From Aulosira sp. ZfuVER01 (GTDB lineage Bacteria > Cyanobacteriota > Cyanobacteriia > Cyanobacteriales > Nostocaceae), in NCBI GenBank assembly GCA_034530615.2, contig JAVRCV020000033.1, forward strand, positions 32,001 to 96,000: a stretch of 64,000 nt of DNA, in the 5' to 3' direction. Of this stretch, positions 20,901-31,490 are shown one piece after another. The notes beneath the pieces are model-generated. The model had not been told where the DNA came from. It saw only the letters and a list, made by a program, of their open reading frames with translations, and ran no database searches. Within the stretch, counting starts at the first letter, position 1, and each line of letters begins with the position of its first letter. The position numbers and the translations under genes were made by a program.

Positions 20901-23303
20901 CAATTCATGGAAAGCGAGGCTCATTTCATATTGCTCTTGCCAAGCTTTTTCTCCTAATAAAGATAATCCAATTTTGGCATATTCACCCGCTGCTTGATAG
21001 GCAGTGGAATTTTTAGCTTTGCGACAAGCAATCAAATTAAGTTGGGCTAATTCATATCGTTGTGTTTGTTCGGTAATTAAAGTAGTACCGTGATTTAATT
21101 GATTCACTATTTCAAAAATTCTCTCTTCTCTTGCTGCTGTTGGAATCTGTTGCAGCAGCAGTTGTCCGATTTGGTAGTGAGTCGTCTGTTTATAGTCCTC
21201 CGGAATCAGAGAATAGGCAGCTTGTTGAATGCGATCGTGTAAAAATTTATATTTAGCTAATTGTTTATTGATATTTTCTAACGCAAATTGCTGGTTATTC
21301 TCTCCCTGATAAAACTTATAAACATCACTAATTGGTAAAATCAATCCTTCTTGCAAAGCCTTCCATAGACAGGCTGCCGTTTCTACTTCTGATTGTTCTG
21401 AAACAATAGCCAAAGTTGCAACATCAAACTGATTGCCGATACAAGCAGCTAATTGTAATACCTTTTGAGTGAATTCTGGCAATTTTTTTAGTTGCAATGC
21501 CATAAAAGCAACAACATCATCTGTAATGGCTTGTTGATTAATTTGTGCAATGTCGCATTGCCAACATCCTAACTCGAAGTCAAATTCAATCAGTTTATCT
21601 TGATGTAAGGCTTTCAGAAACTGAGTTGTATAAAATGGATTTCCTTGAGTTTTTCGATAAACTAACTGAGAAAGATTCAAAGCTAAACTTTCTGGACATT
21701 TCAGTGTGTCAGCAACTAACTTATTTACTTGAGATTGAGATAATGGTGCTAAAGTAATTGTACTAATTGCTGCTGGTATTTTCTCAATTTCACGCAAAGT
21801 CAAGATTAATGGATGTCCTAGAGTGACTTCGTTATCGCGGTATGCACCAATGATGAAAAGATGGCCTGTATCAGCCATTAATTGTTGCATTAATTTTAGT
21901 GATGCTGAATCTGCCCATTGCAAATCATCTAAAAATATAGTTAAGGGATGTTCTGCACTTGTAAAGACTTGCGTAAATTTTTGAAATAATAAATTAAAGC
22001 GATTTTGTGCCTCTATTCCTGATAATTCTATCGCTGATGGTTGTTTACCAATAATGCGTTCTAATTCTGGAATAACTTCAATAATTACTTGACCGTTTTC
22101 GCCAACTGCTGATAAGATTTTGTTTTTCCATTGAGCTAACTGAATATCATTTTCTGTTAACAACTGCCCGATTAAATCTCGAAATGCTTGCACAAAAGCG
22201 CTGAAGGGAATATTACGTTGAAACTGGTCAAATTTACCTTTGATAAAATAGCCACGTTGTCTGACAATTGGTTTATGTACTTCGTTGACGACGGCTGTTT
22301 TGCCAATACCAGAAAATCCAGCAACCAGCATCATTTCGGTTGCGCCCTGACTGACTCTATCAAATGCTTGCAGAAGGGTTTGAACCTCCATGTCTCTACC
22401 ATAGAGTTTATCAGGAATGAGAAAGCGATCGCACACATCCCTTCGCCCAATTTCAAAACTCTCAATCCTACCAGTTTCTTTGAGTTGATATAAACAATTC
22501 TCTAAATCATATTTCAGCCCCAATACACTTTGGTATCTATCTTCAGCATTCTTCGCCATTAATTTGCTGACAATTCTTGAGATAGCAGAGGGAATTTCTG
22601 AATTAATTTCATGGACTAATGGTGCGATTTTGGCAATGTGACAATGTACTAACTCCATTGCATCATGCGATGGAAATGGTAATTGCCCTGTCAGTAATTC
22701 ATAGAAGGTTACACCCAAAGAATACAAATCTGTGCGATAGTCAATCCCTCGATTCATTCTGCCTGTTTGTTCTGGAGAAATATAAGCCAATGTCCCCTCT
22801 AAAACGTTGGGATTGACAAGGGTTTGAGTTTCTCTTGGTAGTAGCGATGCAATGCTAAAGTCAATTAATTTAACTTGTTTAGTTTCGGGATTAATTAAAA
22901 TATTGCTGGGTTTAATATCTTTATGAATAATGCGATCGCGGTAGAGTATATCTAAGGAGTTGCACAGGGCGATCGCAATTTGTAAAAATTGATTTAGCGA
23001 TATGAGATTATTATTAGCGAAATAATCCTTCAGAGAAATCCCGCCAAAATCTTCCATTACTAACGCAAAGCTATTGTGTAATGGTTCTAAACTGTAAGTT
23101 TGAATAATTCCATGATAGCTAAGGTTTTTAGCAATGGCGTATTGATTGCGAAATTGTACTAGTTCACTAAAGCTGGGATACTGATTCTTTAGTACTTTAA
23201 TGATTATTGATAATGAATCAATCTCTCGAATCCCTTGATAAACTACGGTTCTAGAACCATCATAAAGTTTGTTGCTCAAGCGATAACCGGGAATACTAAT
23301 CAT
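17925..23303 (-). CDS. Multidomain Ser/Thr kinase-AAA ATPase-GAF-histidine kinase (HstK-like)
   Basis: HKDIKPSN and DFS kinase motifs; Walker A GFSGIGKT; LDDLQWAD; GAF; H-box AHEMNNP; G boxes. Confidence 0.95.
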   Translation of the reverse strand: MISIPGYRLSNKLYDGSRTVVYQGIREIDSLSIIIKVLKNQYPSFSELVQFRNQYAIAKNLSYHGIIQTYSLEPLHNSFALVMEDFGGISLKDYFANNNLISLNQFLQIAIALCNSLDILYRDRIIHKDIKPSNILINPETKQVKLIDFSIASLLPRETQTLVNPNVLEGTLAYISPEQTGRMNRGIDYRTDLYSLGVTFYELLTGQLPFPSHDAMELVHCHIAKIAPLVHEINSEIPSAISRIVSKLMAKNAEDRYQSVLGLKYDLENCLYQLKETGRIESFEIGRRDVCDRFLIPDKLYGRDMEVQTLLQAFDRVSQGATEMMLVAGFSGIGKTAVVNEVHKPIVRQRGYFIKGKFDQFQRNIPFSAFVQAFRDLIGQLLTENDIQLAQWKNKILSAVGENGQVIIEVIPELERIIGKQPSAIELSGIEAQNRFNLLFQKFTQVFTSAEHPLTIFLDDLQWADSASLKLMQQLMADTGHLFIIGAYRDNEVTLGHPLILTLREIEKIPAAISTITLAPLSQSQVNKLVADTLKCPESLALNLSQLVYRKTQGNPFYTTQFLKALHQDKLIEFDFELGCWQCDIAQINQQAITDDVVAFMALQLKKLPEFTQKVLQLAACIGNQFDVATLAIVSEQSEVETAACLWKALQEGLILPISDVYKFYQGENNQQFALENINKQLAKYKFLHDRIQQAAYSLIPEDYKQTTHYQIGQLLLQQIPTAAREERIFEIVNQLNHGTTLITEQTQRYELAQLNLIACRKAKNSTAYQAAGEYAKIGLSLLGEKAWQEQYEMSLAFHELAAEIASLCGEFAVMEQLVDSVIKQAHSLIEKVNVYCILIQSYVFQNKPFDALDVGQKLLQQLGVTFSESPTPVDLQQSIQEIKELIGDREIADLVDLPVMTDRQVLAIIQIASSLIPPAYNSGSILCPLLVALSVKLSIQYGNTVTSAFSYANYGFLLCNFFQDVDAGTKFGQLSLQIISKFDAKAIKPEVLLVLAGFVLHRKSHIKDTLPLLQDGYVTGLEVGSTKFAGYHARTFCNASFWCNQPLATLEQNARAYYNGLMQLNQAALANHCRLSWQSALNLLGFGEHPCILSGEAVQEAELLPQLISDNDVTELCVFHSYKLMLCFLFGEIEQAQNHTVECSRYLNAAKGLVYEPAFYFYDSLIALAALNLQSEQVSEVFQRVEQNQTQLQHWAQYAPMNYQHKVDLVEAEKCRVLGNKVEAMDLYDKAISLAKANEYIQEEALANELAAKFYLDWGRQHIAQDYTIEAYYGYARWGAKAKVADIEKRYPQLLGSIFQQTRTPVSVNETVFNLGTVTATSSSTSVSHSLDLATIFKASQTLSGEIELEKLLVSLLSIVIENAGADKCVLMLLQDDCLLIEGLITLLTEPVVLQHLPIEESLEIPLKLIYKVKNEQQTTVLIDASTDLTLANDPYIIRQQPKSIMCNPILYQGKLLGLLYLENSLVTGAFSGDRVELLNVLCTQAAISLENARLYERSQQYAQQLEQALNKLQNAQLQIVQSEKMSALGNLVAGVAHEMNNPLGFIAASLQQAKPSLVDIVEHLKLYQETCQNQSEQIIDHAVEIDLEYTLEDLPKVIDSMTMACDRLKNISTSLRTFSRADKDYKVPFNIHEGIDSTVLILKHRLKANEQRPAIEVITEYGNLPQVECFPGQLNQVFMNILANAIDALDESNHGRSFQDIQANPNRIKIATSMKDNLVKISISDNGMGMSESVKQKIFDHLFTTKAVGKGTGLGLAIAQQIIVEKHGGSLECNSSPGQGTEFALFIPVQ

Positions 23304-23520
23304 AATGCCAAACTTTCAACATCAGATTTAGTATTCCCATAAATCTCAAATATTTTACCAATAGCCCCAAAACACTCGCAGTAATCATACATTAGCTAAT
23401 GCACAATCTGCTAGGAGCTTGCTAGACCGAATTTTGAAATAGCTTTCTTCAGGGCGAAGTTTTCTTTTCACTAAATATAAATTTGAGAGTCTCAAAAAAC
23501 CATCTTCTAGCTTTTTGTTC

Positions 23521-24030
23521 TTAAATATCTCGCATAGCAGGGATTCCCACCTGTAGTTTGAATAGTAACTCAATCAGTGTTTTCTTCTCATCAGAATTAA
23601 GATGAGCCATCATCTCAGTTGTGCGACAGAAATGCTCTGGTAGCATTTGAGTTAACTTTTGCTGTCCTTGAGAAGTCAACTCGACAATTAAACGCCGTCT
23701 ATCTACTGGGTGTGGCTGTCGCTTCACGAGTCCATCCTTTTCCAAACCGTCTAATAAACCAGTGATAGTTCCACGAGTCACACCAGAACGTTCTGCACAT
23801 TCTGAAGGTGTCAAGCCTTGCCCTTTGGTGCGGAATAATTGCATGAGAACTGTAAATTTGCCCATCGACAGCTGATGACGAGCTAAATGAGTATCTAATG
23901 CAGCATAAACAACAGATGTAGTATTCAAAAATGCTAGACAAGCCTCAATAGATGGAATGTCTAACTCAGAAAATTGCTGCGCTAATTCCGTTAACTCTTG
24001 TGGTGATGGTACTTGGGGAGAAACAAACAT
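23521..24030 (-). CDS. MarR family transcriptional regulator
   Basis: TRGTITGLLDGLEKDGLVKRQPHPVDRR. Confidence 0.92.
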   Translation of the reverse strand: MFVSPQVPSPQELTELAQQFSELDIPSIEACLAFLNTTSVVYAALDTHLARHQLSMGKFTVLMQLFRTKGQGLTPSECAERSGVTRGTITGLLDGLEKDGLVKRQPHPVDRRRLIVELTSQGQQKLTQMLPEHFCRTTEMMAHLNSDEKKTLIELLFKLQVGIPAMRDI

Positions 24031-24190
24031 AAGTTGGCAAGCATTAGTTGACTAACTTACTATATGTTGTCTTAATATTATGTTGATGCGATCGCAGTCT
24101 CATATAACTAGATTAGTAGAAGAATTAGGCTTTCAATCACAGGCAAGGCAGGAAATTAAAATCAAGCTGGCAAGACAGATAATTCGGCAG

Positions 24191-26473
24191 TCAAGACATT
24201 ACCTTCTGCAAAGTGAGCAATAATTCATTAATAGTGTAGGGCTTGGGTAAAAATGTTGTGACACCGCTACTCGCTACAGCCTCCAGCTTATTGGTAGAAA
24301 TCAAGCCACTGGTGGCAATAATTTTGACATTTGGGTTGATTTTTTTTAAGGTGCGGATTGCGGTTACGCCATCGAGGGAAGGAAGCATCAAATCCATGAG
24401 TACGACACTGATTTGATCGATATGTTTAGCATAAACTGCGATCGCTTCAATGCCATCACTAGCGACAATAGCTTTGTAGTTATGAGTTTCTAGGGATGTT
24501 TTGGTAATCTCTTGAATAGCAGGTTCATCATCTACTATCAAAATCATTTCCCCATGTGCAGTCAGCACTGTTGATTCATCTACGCTATGGCTTTCTGTAC
24601 CCTCTACTGCTGGTAAATATACCTGAAAGCGAGTACCAACATTCAGTTCGCTATACACGTTAATAAAACCACCGTGGCTTTTGATAATCCCCAGAACGGT
24701 AGAAAGTCCTAGCCCTGTACCTTGTCCTACCTCTTTTGTGGTGAAGAATGGCTCAAAAATCCGATCTAAGTTTTCCTCAGAAATTCCCACTCCACTATCG
24801 CTGACAGTAATCACTATGTATGGCCCAACTTTGGCTTCTAGATTCATGCGGGCATAGTTCTCATCAATAAACAGATTTTTTGCAGAGATGGATAATTTAC
24901 CACCATTGGGCATAGAATCACGAGCATTGACGCAGAGATTCATTAACACCTGATGCATTTGGGTACTATCACCCGAAACTATCCATAAGTCTTGTGGAAC
25001 ATCAGTAGAGACTTGAATTGATCTTGGCAATGTCTCCTTAAGAACCTTAGAAACTTCCACAATTAGATGTCTGATTTGCAGATTAATGCGTTTGCCTTCC
25101 ACACCTCTGGCAAATGACAGTACCTGCTTGACTAAATCAGCACCGCGTTTCGCGTTAATTTCTAGAATTTCTAACAAATGCTGAGTTCGTTCATCTGCAT
25201 CGGGAAATTTTAGCGGTAGGAGTTGCGCTCCTGCTAAAATTGGCGTCAGGATATTGTTGAGATCGTGAGCAATACCACTAGCTAAGGTGCCAATACTTTC
25301 CAATCGTTGGGCACGAAATAATTGTGCTTCTAAGCGTTTTTTCTCGGTAATATCTGTGTCAACAGTCAGAATTGATTTAGGTTTACCCTGTTCATCACAT
25401 ACCAAACTCCAACGGCTAGAAACTAAAATTTCTTTACCAGTTTTGGTGATTTTAGTAAACTCACCCTCCCACTTACCTTTATTAATGACAGTTAAAAGAG
25501 CTGCTGCGACTTCTGGTGGTGCTTCCTCATCATAAAATAACTCGCTAGCATCTTTGCCCTTAGCTTCTGTGACTGACCAGCCATAAAGTTTTTCTGCACC
25601 TTTGTTCCAGAAGAGAATTTTGTTTTCTAAATCTCGCACGAGAATGGCATCAGTAGCAATGTCTAGTAATGCGGCTTGTTCGCGAATTGTTTCATCAGCT
25701 AACTTGCGTTGTTGTAGCGCAGCTTGCCGTTCGCTAATATCAATGCAAGCACAAGTGATGCCGATAACTTGTTGTAACTCGTTGCGCAATGGTTCTACAG
25801 TCAAGTCGTAATAGCGAATTCCTTGGGCAGTAGTTATAGATACTTCATCTCTAGTACCTACCCCCGTCACCAGCACCCCCAGTTTCAGCGCAGTCAAATG
25901 GTGGGCACTTTCCAAGGGAATTAATTCTGAGTCGCGTTTACCCAACATTTCTTCGGCTGTAAACCCAAAACCTGGGTTATAAACCCAGGTATAGCGTAAT
26001 TCTTGGTCTTGGTTAAAGACAAAAATTGGTGAGTTTTTTAAAGCAACTCGAAATCGTTCTTCACTCTGTCGCAGTGCGTCTTCTATTCGTTGACGCTCAA
26101 TAGCATAACGCATAGAGCGGACTAACAAGTCGCCTGTTACTTGCCCCTTGACTAAATAATCTTGTGCGCCTTCTTGCATTGCTTTGAGGGCTAAGGTTTC
26201 ATCGTCAATCCCAGTCAGCACAATGATGGGAGTTGATTTTGCCTGATTGCGCGCTCTAATAAAGGTTTCCAACCCCTGGCTATCTGGGAGCGATAGATCT
26301 AAAAGTATGACATCAAAGCTTTCGTGAGCGAGATAGCTGAGTGCTTCGTCTAGCTGCTCAACAGGTTGCAACTCAACCGCAGTGGCGGTGACATCGTTTA
26401 AAAATTCCTGCAACAACAGGACATCACCGGGGTTATCTTCAACTAACAGGACTTTAATAATTTCACCTGCCAT
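24191..26473 (-). CDS. Hybrid sensor kinase REC-PAS-PAS-HK-REC
   Basis: N-terminal receiver (LLDLSLPD), two PAS, H-box AHDLNN, C-terminal receiver; ATG at 26473 (MAGE) preferred. Confidence 0.93.
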   Translation of the reverse strand: MAGEIIKVLLVEDNPGDVLLLQEFLNDVTATAVELQPVEQLDEALSYLAHESFDVILLDLSLPDSQGLETFIRARNQAKSTPIIVLTGIDDETLALKAMQEGAQDYLVKGQVTGDLLVRSMRYAIERQRIEDALRQSEERFRVALKNSPIFVFNQDQELRYTWVYNPGFGFTAEEMLGKRDSELIPLESAHHLTALKLGVLVTGVGTRDEVSITTAQGIRYYDLTVEPLRNELQQVIGITCACIDISERQAALQQRKLADETIREQAALLDIATDAILVRDLENKILFWNKGAEKLYGWSVTEAKGKDASELFYDEEAPPEVAAALLTVINKGKWEGEFTKITKTGKEILVSSRWSLVCDEQGKPKSILTVDTDITEKKRLEAQLFRAQRLESIGTLASGIAHDLNNILTPILAGAQLLPLKFPDADERTQHLLEILEINAKRGADLVKQVLSFARGVEGKRINLQIRHLIVEVSKVLKETLPRSIQVSTDVPQDLWIVSGDSTQMHQVLMNLCVNARDSMPNGGKLSISAKNLFIDENYARMNLEAKVGPYIVITVSDSGVGISEENLDRIFEPFFTTKEVGQGTGLGLSTVLGIIKSHGGFINVYSELNVGTRFQVYLPAVEGTESHSVDESTVLTAHGEMILIVDDEPAIQEITKTSLETHNYKAIVASDGIEAIAVYAKHIDQISVVLMDLMLPSLDGVTAIRTLKKINPNVKIIATSGLISTNKLEAVASSGVTTFLPKPYTINELLLTLQKVMS

Positions 26474-26478
26474 TTCTA

Positions 26479-26925
26479 TCACTCCGGCGGCAGTTTGACG
26501 ATCGCAAACCAAAAGTTTTCTATAGATCGAATAATTTTAACAAATTGATCGAAGTCAACTGGCTTAGTTATATAACAGTTGGCAGCTAAATTATAGGCTT
26601 TAAGAATATCTTCTTCGGCTTGGGAAGTCGTCAGCACAACTACAGGAATTCTTTTGAGATGTTCGTCACCTTTGATTTCTGCTAGGACTTCGCGACCATC
26701 TTTTTTTGGTAGGTTTAAATCAAGTAGCACAATATCGGGATGTGGTACATTAGCATATTTATCTTGTTTTCGTAAGAACGCCATTGCCTCAACCCCATCC
26801 TCAACGACATTTAGGTGAACCGCGATTTTGCTATCTTCCAAGGCGATGCGCGTTAGTAGGGCATCGCCAGGATTGTCTTCTACTAACAAAACCTCGATAG
26901 GCATAACTCCCGATCGATTGTTCAC
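26479..26925 (-). CDS. Single-domain response regulator, Rcp1-like
   Basis: [29 protein letters not shown]: typical of phytochrome-cognate receivers. Confidence 0.92.
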   Translation of the reverse strand: MNNRSGVMPIEVLLVEDNPGDALLTRIALEDSKIAVHLNVVEDGVEAMAFLRKQDKYANVPHPDIVLLDLNLPKKDGREVLAEIKGDEHLKRIPVVVLTTSQAEEDILKAYNLAANCYITKPVDFDQFVKIIRSIENFWFAIVKLPPE

Positions 26926-29480
26926 GATTGCTTACCTGTTTTATCTGGAATCGTAAAGTAGAAAATCGAGCCTTGACCCGGTTTCGACTCCATCCAGATC
27001 CTACCGCCGTGGCGTTCTATAATCTTCTTACAAATTGCCAAACCAATACCAGTACCCGGATACTTACTTCGACTGTGCAATCGCTGAAAAATTACAAAAA
27101 TTCTTTCAGCATACTGGGATTCTAAACCAATTCCATTATCACGCACTGAAAACAACCATTCATTTTCCAATGGGGTGAGATGGGAATTTTCTTGGTCTGA
27201 TTCTATGCTGTTCTTGATGGCGGTGATGTGAATTTGGGGTGACTCCTCCCTACGAAATTTAATCGCGTTAGCAATGAGGTTTTGTAATACTTGTGCCAGT
27301 TGAGTCGGATCGGCTATGACTTCTGGGAGAGAATCGGCAGTAATTACCGCATGACTTTCGGCGATCGCAATTTCCAGGTTGGCGATCGCTCTGGCTAAGA
27401 CAGTATTACAATCTACTAATCTAAAGGGTTGCCCTCTAGTACTGACACGGGAATAGTTCAACAAATCGTTGATTAAAGTTTGCATCCGCTGTGCCCCATC
27501 AACAGCGTAGCCAATAAACTCATCGGCACGGGTATCTAGCTGATTTTTGTATCTCCGCTCGAGTAGCTGTAAATAACTAATCACCATCCGCAATGGTTCT
27601 TGCAAGTCATGGGAAGCAATATAAGCAAACTGTTCTAATTCAGCATTGGAACGTGTAAGTTCCTGACTTTGGCGGGTTTCTTGTTCTAATAGTTGGGCTT
27701 GGGATAGGGCAATACCAATTTGGTTCGCTAGCTGCTGCAACATCTCCAGTTCAAAACTGTTCCACTCACGGGGAATATCACATTGATGGACAATCAACAA
27801 GCCCCAAATACCGTCTCTAACGAGTATCGGCACTACCAAGTTAGCTTTGACATCATATTGCCGAAGAAATTCCCGGTGGCAGTCTTGGATGTTAGCTTGT
27901 TCAACGTTTGCGATCGCACTCACTCTGCCGTGACGATATTTTTCTACGTAATCTTGCTGAAAGCATGGGTCAAGAATATTTTGTCCCAGCACTATAGGCC
28001 AACCAGGCAATACCGCTTCTTGTACTACTGTTCCCGAACCATCTGGCCAAAGCCGGAAAGCCAAAACTCGGTCAGCGTGCAGAAGTTTTTGGATCTCTGT
28101 CACCGTAGTTTGGAGGATATCATCTAATTGTAGAGATTCACGAATTTTCAGGGTGATTTCCGAAAATAATTGCGATCGCAAATTTTGCCTTTTTAATTCT
28201 TCTTCTACCTGTTTGCGATCGTTGATATCAGTATGAGAACCAACCATTCGCACTACATTACCTGTACTATCCCAAAGCGCCTGTCCACGATCTAAAATCC
28301 ATTTATAACTGCCATCTTTACACAGAAGCCGATGTTCAGTTACGTAATAGGGCGTTTTTTTGTGTAAGTGATCCTGAACTGCTTGCAATACCCAATTTAA
28401 ATCTTCAGGATGAACTATTTTTGACCATTCATCGATACTATTAGCAATTTCGTGGTCTTGATAACCGAGCATTTCTTTCCAACGAGTAGAAAAAAATACT
28501 TCGCCTGTCTTCAGGTTCCAATCCCAGATCCCATCATTATTACCTTGTAAGGCTAACTGCCAGCGTTGTTCGCTCTCCTGTAAGGCAGCTTCTACTTTTT
28601 TGCGCTCAGTAATATCTCGCGTAAAACAGCGCGTATGAATAAAGTTGCCTTCTTCCCAAAACACATTCGAGTTAATTAAAACATGGCGAATCGATCCATC
28701 CTTGCAACGTAACTTTGCCTCATAATTGTGTAAAGTTTCGTTGCTAGTCAACCTTTGCAGAATATCCTCGATTACATCTTGGTCAACATGAAACTCAGTA
28801 ATAGAGTGTCCGATATACTCAGAGCGCGTGTAGCCTAAAAGGTCGAGTTCTGCCTGATTTGCCCAAGCAATTGTGCCATCTGCTTGTACCCAGTGCATCC
28901 CTACAGTAGCATTTTCTACAAAGTCTCTCAGTTCTTGCTGACTGTGTCGTAGTGCTGCTTCTACTCGCTTTTGTTCTTCAGCAAAACGAGATACCTCAGC
29001 CAAATTACGTCTTAGCTCTAGTTGGCTAATAACTTGACGAGCAAGTGCTTGCAGCACTTCTACTTGTTTGTCGCTGAGTTGCCGTGGCACATTATCAATT
29101 ACGCAGAGAGTACCAACCATATCTCCCTGAGGAGTAATCAAAGGTACACCTGCATAAAACCGCGCAAAAGGATAGGAAATCACTACTGGATTTGTTGCCA
29201 ACTGTTCATCAGCTAATGTATCTGGTACTACCACAATGTCTTGCCTGTCTTGGCAAAGGTAGGATAAACCAATATTCCGGGGCATTTCCGGTACATCCAA
29301 ACCTAATCTGGCTTTAAACCACTGTCGATTTTCATCAATGAAATTCACCAAGACTATAGGAGCGCCACAAATAAATGCAGCTAATTGGGCAATATCGTCG
29401 TAAGCTTTTTCTGGTTCAGTGTCCAGAATTTGATACTGACGCAAGGCTTCCAGTCTTGCCGCTTCTTTATTAGGGAACAC
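26922..29480 (-). CDS. GAF-PAS-PAS-GAF(DXCF cyanobacteriochrome)-histidine kinase
   Basis: Second GAF contains DPCF and CH; Cph1-type H-box [10 protein letters not shown]. Confidence 0.9.
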   Translation of the reverse strand: MFPNKEAARLEALRQYQILDTEPEKAYDDIAQLAAFICGAPIVLVNFIDENRQWFKARLGLDVPEMPRNIGLSYLCQDRQDIVVVPDTLADEQLATNPVVISYPFARFYAGVPLITPQGDMVGTLCVIDNVPRQLSDKQVEVLQALARQVISQLELRRNLAEVSRFAEEQKRVEAALRHSQQELRDFVENATVGMHWVQADGTIAWANQAELDLLGYTRSEYIGHSITEFHVDQDVIEDILQRLTSNETLHNYEAKLRCKDGSIRHVLINSNVFWEEGNFIHTRCFTRDITERKKVEAALQESEQRWQLALQGNNDGIWDWNLKTGEVFFSTRWKEMLGYQDHEIANSIDEWSKIVHPEDLNWVLQAVQDHLHKKTPYYVTEHRLLCKDGSYKWILDRGQALWDSTGNVVRMVGSHTDINDRKQVEEELKRQNLRSQLFSEITLKIRESLQLDDILQTTVTEIQKLLHADRVLAFRLWPDGSGTVVQEAVLPGWPIVLGQNILDPCFQQDYVEKYRHGRVSAIANVEQANIQDCHREFLRQYDVKANLVVPILVRDGIWGLLIVHQCDIPREWNSFELEMLQQLANQIGIALSQAQLLEQETRQSQELTRSNAELEQFAYIASHDLQEPLRMVISYLQLLERRYKNQLDTRADEFIGYAVDGAQRMQTLINDLLNYSRVSTRGQPFRLVDCNTVLARAIANLEIAIAESHAVITADSLPEVIADPTQLAQVLQNLIANAIKFRREESPQIHITAIKNSIESDQENSHLTPLENEWLFSVRDNGIGLESQYAERIFVIFQRLHSRSKYPGTGIGLAICKKIIERHGGRIWMESKPGQGSIFYFTIPDKTGKQS

Positions 29481-29885
29481 AGGCTTTATAAATGTTTATT
29501 AAGATATATAAATTATACAATTTTTAGTTTATACATCGAAAATACATAATATTTTATACAAATTTGGATTGTAGTTTAGAGATTGCCAAATAACTACTGG
29601 TATTTGTTTTCACATTTTATTGAGCGCAAATAAGCTGCTTTGGTTATTTGTTTTTCTCTTATGAGTTTTGATTTTTATTATTAAAAGAATTGTATTAATA
29701 TACAATACTTTCATGCAGACAGATGAGTAGGAAACATCATTAAGATAATTTGATATACGAAAAGATTGTGGGTGTTCCCGACAAACAATTTATCTGCCGC
29801 AAACATTATTGGAATTGGTAGGATTTTCAGCGTTCAGCAGACATTGTTTTCCTCTGTCTATAGTTGGATAAAAATCCTAGGGTGT

Positions 29886-29907
29886 GGAACCTCCGTGTAG
29901 AGGTTCC
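29886..29907. terminator. Hairpin downstream of hisG
   Basis: GGAACCTC-N6-GAGGTTCC. Confidence 0.45.
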
Positions 29908-29943
29908 TCTGCCTTTGAAATTCTGTTTTGAGCTACAAGACGA

Positions 29944-30588
29944 TTAAACTATAGACAAGATATGCGATCGCACATCCTCTACCAATTGATGTAAATTACC
30001 TGTGTTTAGGCGATAACTCAGTGGGTGGGCAATTAACCTCGCTGTACTTTCATACAACGTTGTAATTTCCACCAAACCATTTTCTCGCAAAGTCCGCCCT
30101 GTAGACACCAAATCTACAATCGCTTCTGACATCCCCGTAATCGGGCCTAGTTCCACTGAACCATACAACGGGACGATTTCTACAGGTAAATCCAGGCTTT
30201 GAAAATATTCACGAGCGCAATTGACATACTTAGAAGCAACTCGACCATGAGCTGGTAAATCTAAAGGTGATTTGTAAGGACTGGATTCTTTAACAGCTAC
30301 AGACATCCGACATTGCCCAAAATGTAAATCTACCAAATGAGCAACTTGGGGCTGTTTTTCTCGCAGTACATCGTAACCAATAATACCCAGTTGTGCTTGC
30401 CCATATTCCACATAAACAGGCACATCCTGACCCCGCACCAACAGTCCTTTCGCCTGTCCGCTAGCATCAAGAATCTGAAGTTGGCGGTTCCCTGCATCTA
30501 AAAAAGCGCTAAAATCCAATCCTACAGATTGCAACAGGCGGATGCTATTTTTCAGTAGTTCCCCTTTCGGCAAAGCAACAGTCAACAT
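29944..30588 (-). CDS. hisG: ATP phosphoribosyltransferase, short form
   Basis: [41 protein letters not shown]; lacks the C-terminal regulatory domain. Confidence 0.96.
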   Translation of the reverse strand: MLTVALPKGELLKNSIRLLQSVGLDFSAFLDAGNRQLQILDASGQAKGLLVRGQDVPVYVEYGQAQLGIIGYDVLREKQPQVAHLVDLHFGQCRMSVAVKESSPYKSPLDLPAHGRVASKYVNCAREYFQSLDLPVEIVPLYGSVELGPITGMSEAIVDLVSTGRTLRENGLVEITTLYESTARLIAHPLSYRLNTGNLHQLVEDVRSHILSIV

Positions 30589-30665
30589 GATCGTTCTTGG
30601 TATCCTTGGCATATCGGCGGTTCAATAATATTGAGAATATCTCGATATGCTGACCAATAAGCAGT

Positions 30666-31355
30666 ATGAGAATTTTATTAGTTGATGACGAAGTAGAACT
30701 AACTGGCCCCTTAAGTCGCGTCTTAACCCGTGAAGGTTATAGCGTAGATGCGGCTTATGAAGGCATAAATGGCAGTAACCTGGCACAAACTGGCAGTTAT
30801 GACCTGCTAATTTTAGACTGGATGCTGCCCGGAAAAACAGGCTTGGAAATTTGTCAGGAATTACGCCGCCAAGGTAAAACCACTCCGGTGCTGTTTCTCA
30901 CCGCCAAGGATACTCTAGATGACCGAGTTGAGGGTTTAGATGCAGGTGCGGATGATTATTTGGTAAAACCTTTTGAATTGCGGGAATTGTTAGCTAGAGT
31001 TCGCGCCTTGTTACGTCGTTCTGGGGTGGAGACATACAGCACGACAACCGGACGCCTCACAGTAGCTGATTTAGAACTGGATATTGAGAACCAAGTAGCT
31101 TATCGTCAAGAACGAGTCATTGAACTATCCCAAAAAGAAAGCCAATTACTGCAATACTTCATGGAACACAGCGGACAACTGCTGACTCACGCTCAGATTA
31201 TGCAAAATCTTTGGCAAGATGAAGAACAACCAAGTAGTAATGTGATTGCAGCATTAATTCGCCTACTGCGCCGTAAGATTGAGGTTGCTGGTGAAGCGCA
31301 GTTGATTCACACTGTTTATGGCAAAGGCTATCGCTTTGGTAGTGCTGGAGAGTAG
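30666..31355 (+). CDS. OmpR-family response regulator (RppA/NrsR-like), no adjacent kinase
   Basis: Receiver LILDWMLP, GADDYLVKPF; winged helix IHTVYGKGY. Confidence 0.92.
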   Translation: MRILLVDDEVELTGPLSRVLTREGYSVDAAYEGINGSNLAQTGSYDLLILDWMLPGKTGLEICQELRRQGKTTPVLFLTAKDTLDDRVEGLDAGADDYLVKPFELRELLARVRALLRRSGVETYSTTTGRLTVADLELDIENQVAYRQERVIELSQKESQLLQYFMEHSGQLLTHAQIMQNLWQDEEQPSSNVIAALIRLLRRKIEVAGEAQLIHTVYGKGYRFGSAGE

Positions 31356-31361
31356 GGATGA

Positions 31362-31490
31362 GGGAGTGTGGGGAGTGTGGGGAGTGTGGGGAGAACTGGG
31401 ACAAGGGAGACAAGGGAGACCGGGGGGACAAGGGAGAAATAATTAGTTGACTTTGGACTCTTGGCTTTGGACTCTTGATCCTTGACTCTT
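31362..31490 (+). repeat. Composite repeat: GGGGAGTGT, GACAAGGGA and GACTCTT-type units
   Basis: Visible tandem 9-mers and 7-mers; overlaps the 3' end of the convergent acyltransferase. Confidence 0.85.

Noticed and set aside
17925..23303. Kinase-AAA giant as an NLR-like/Avs antiphage system
   Set aside because: The architecture matches the widespread cyanobacterial Ser/Thr kinase-AAA-GAF-HK signalling family and has no effector domain.
31362..31440. Tandem repeats here and at 55719 and 61017 as CRISPR arrays
   Set aside because: Units are 7-9 bp without unique spacers, and there are no cas genes; these are STRR-type repeats.
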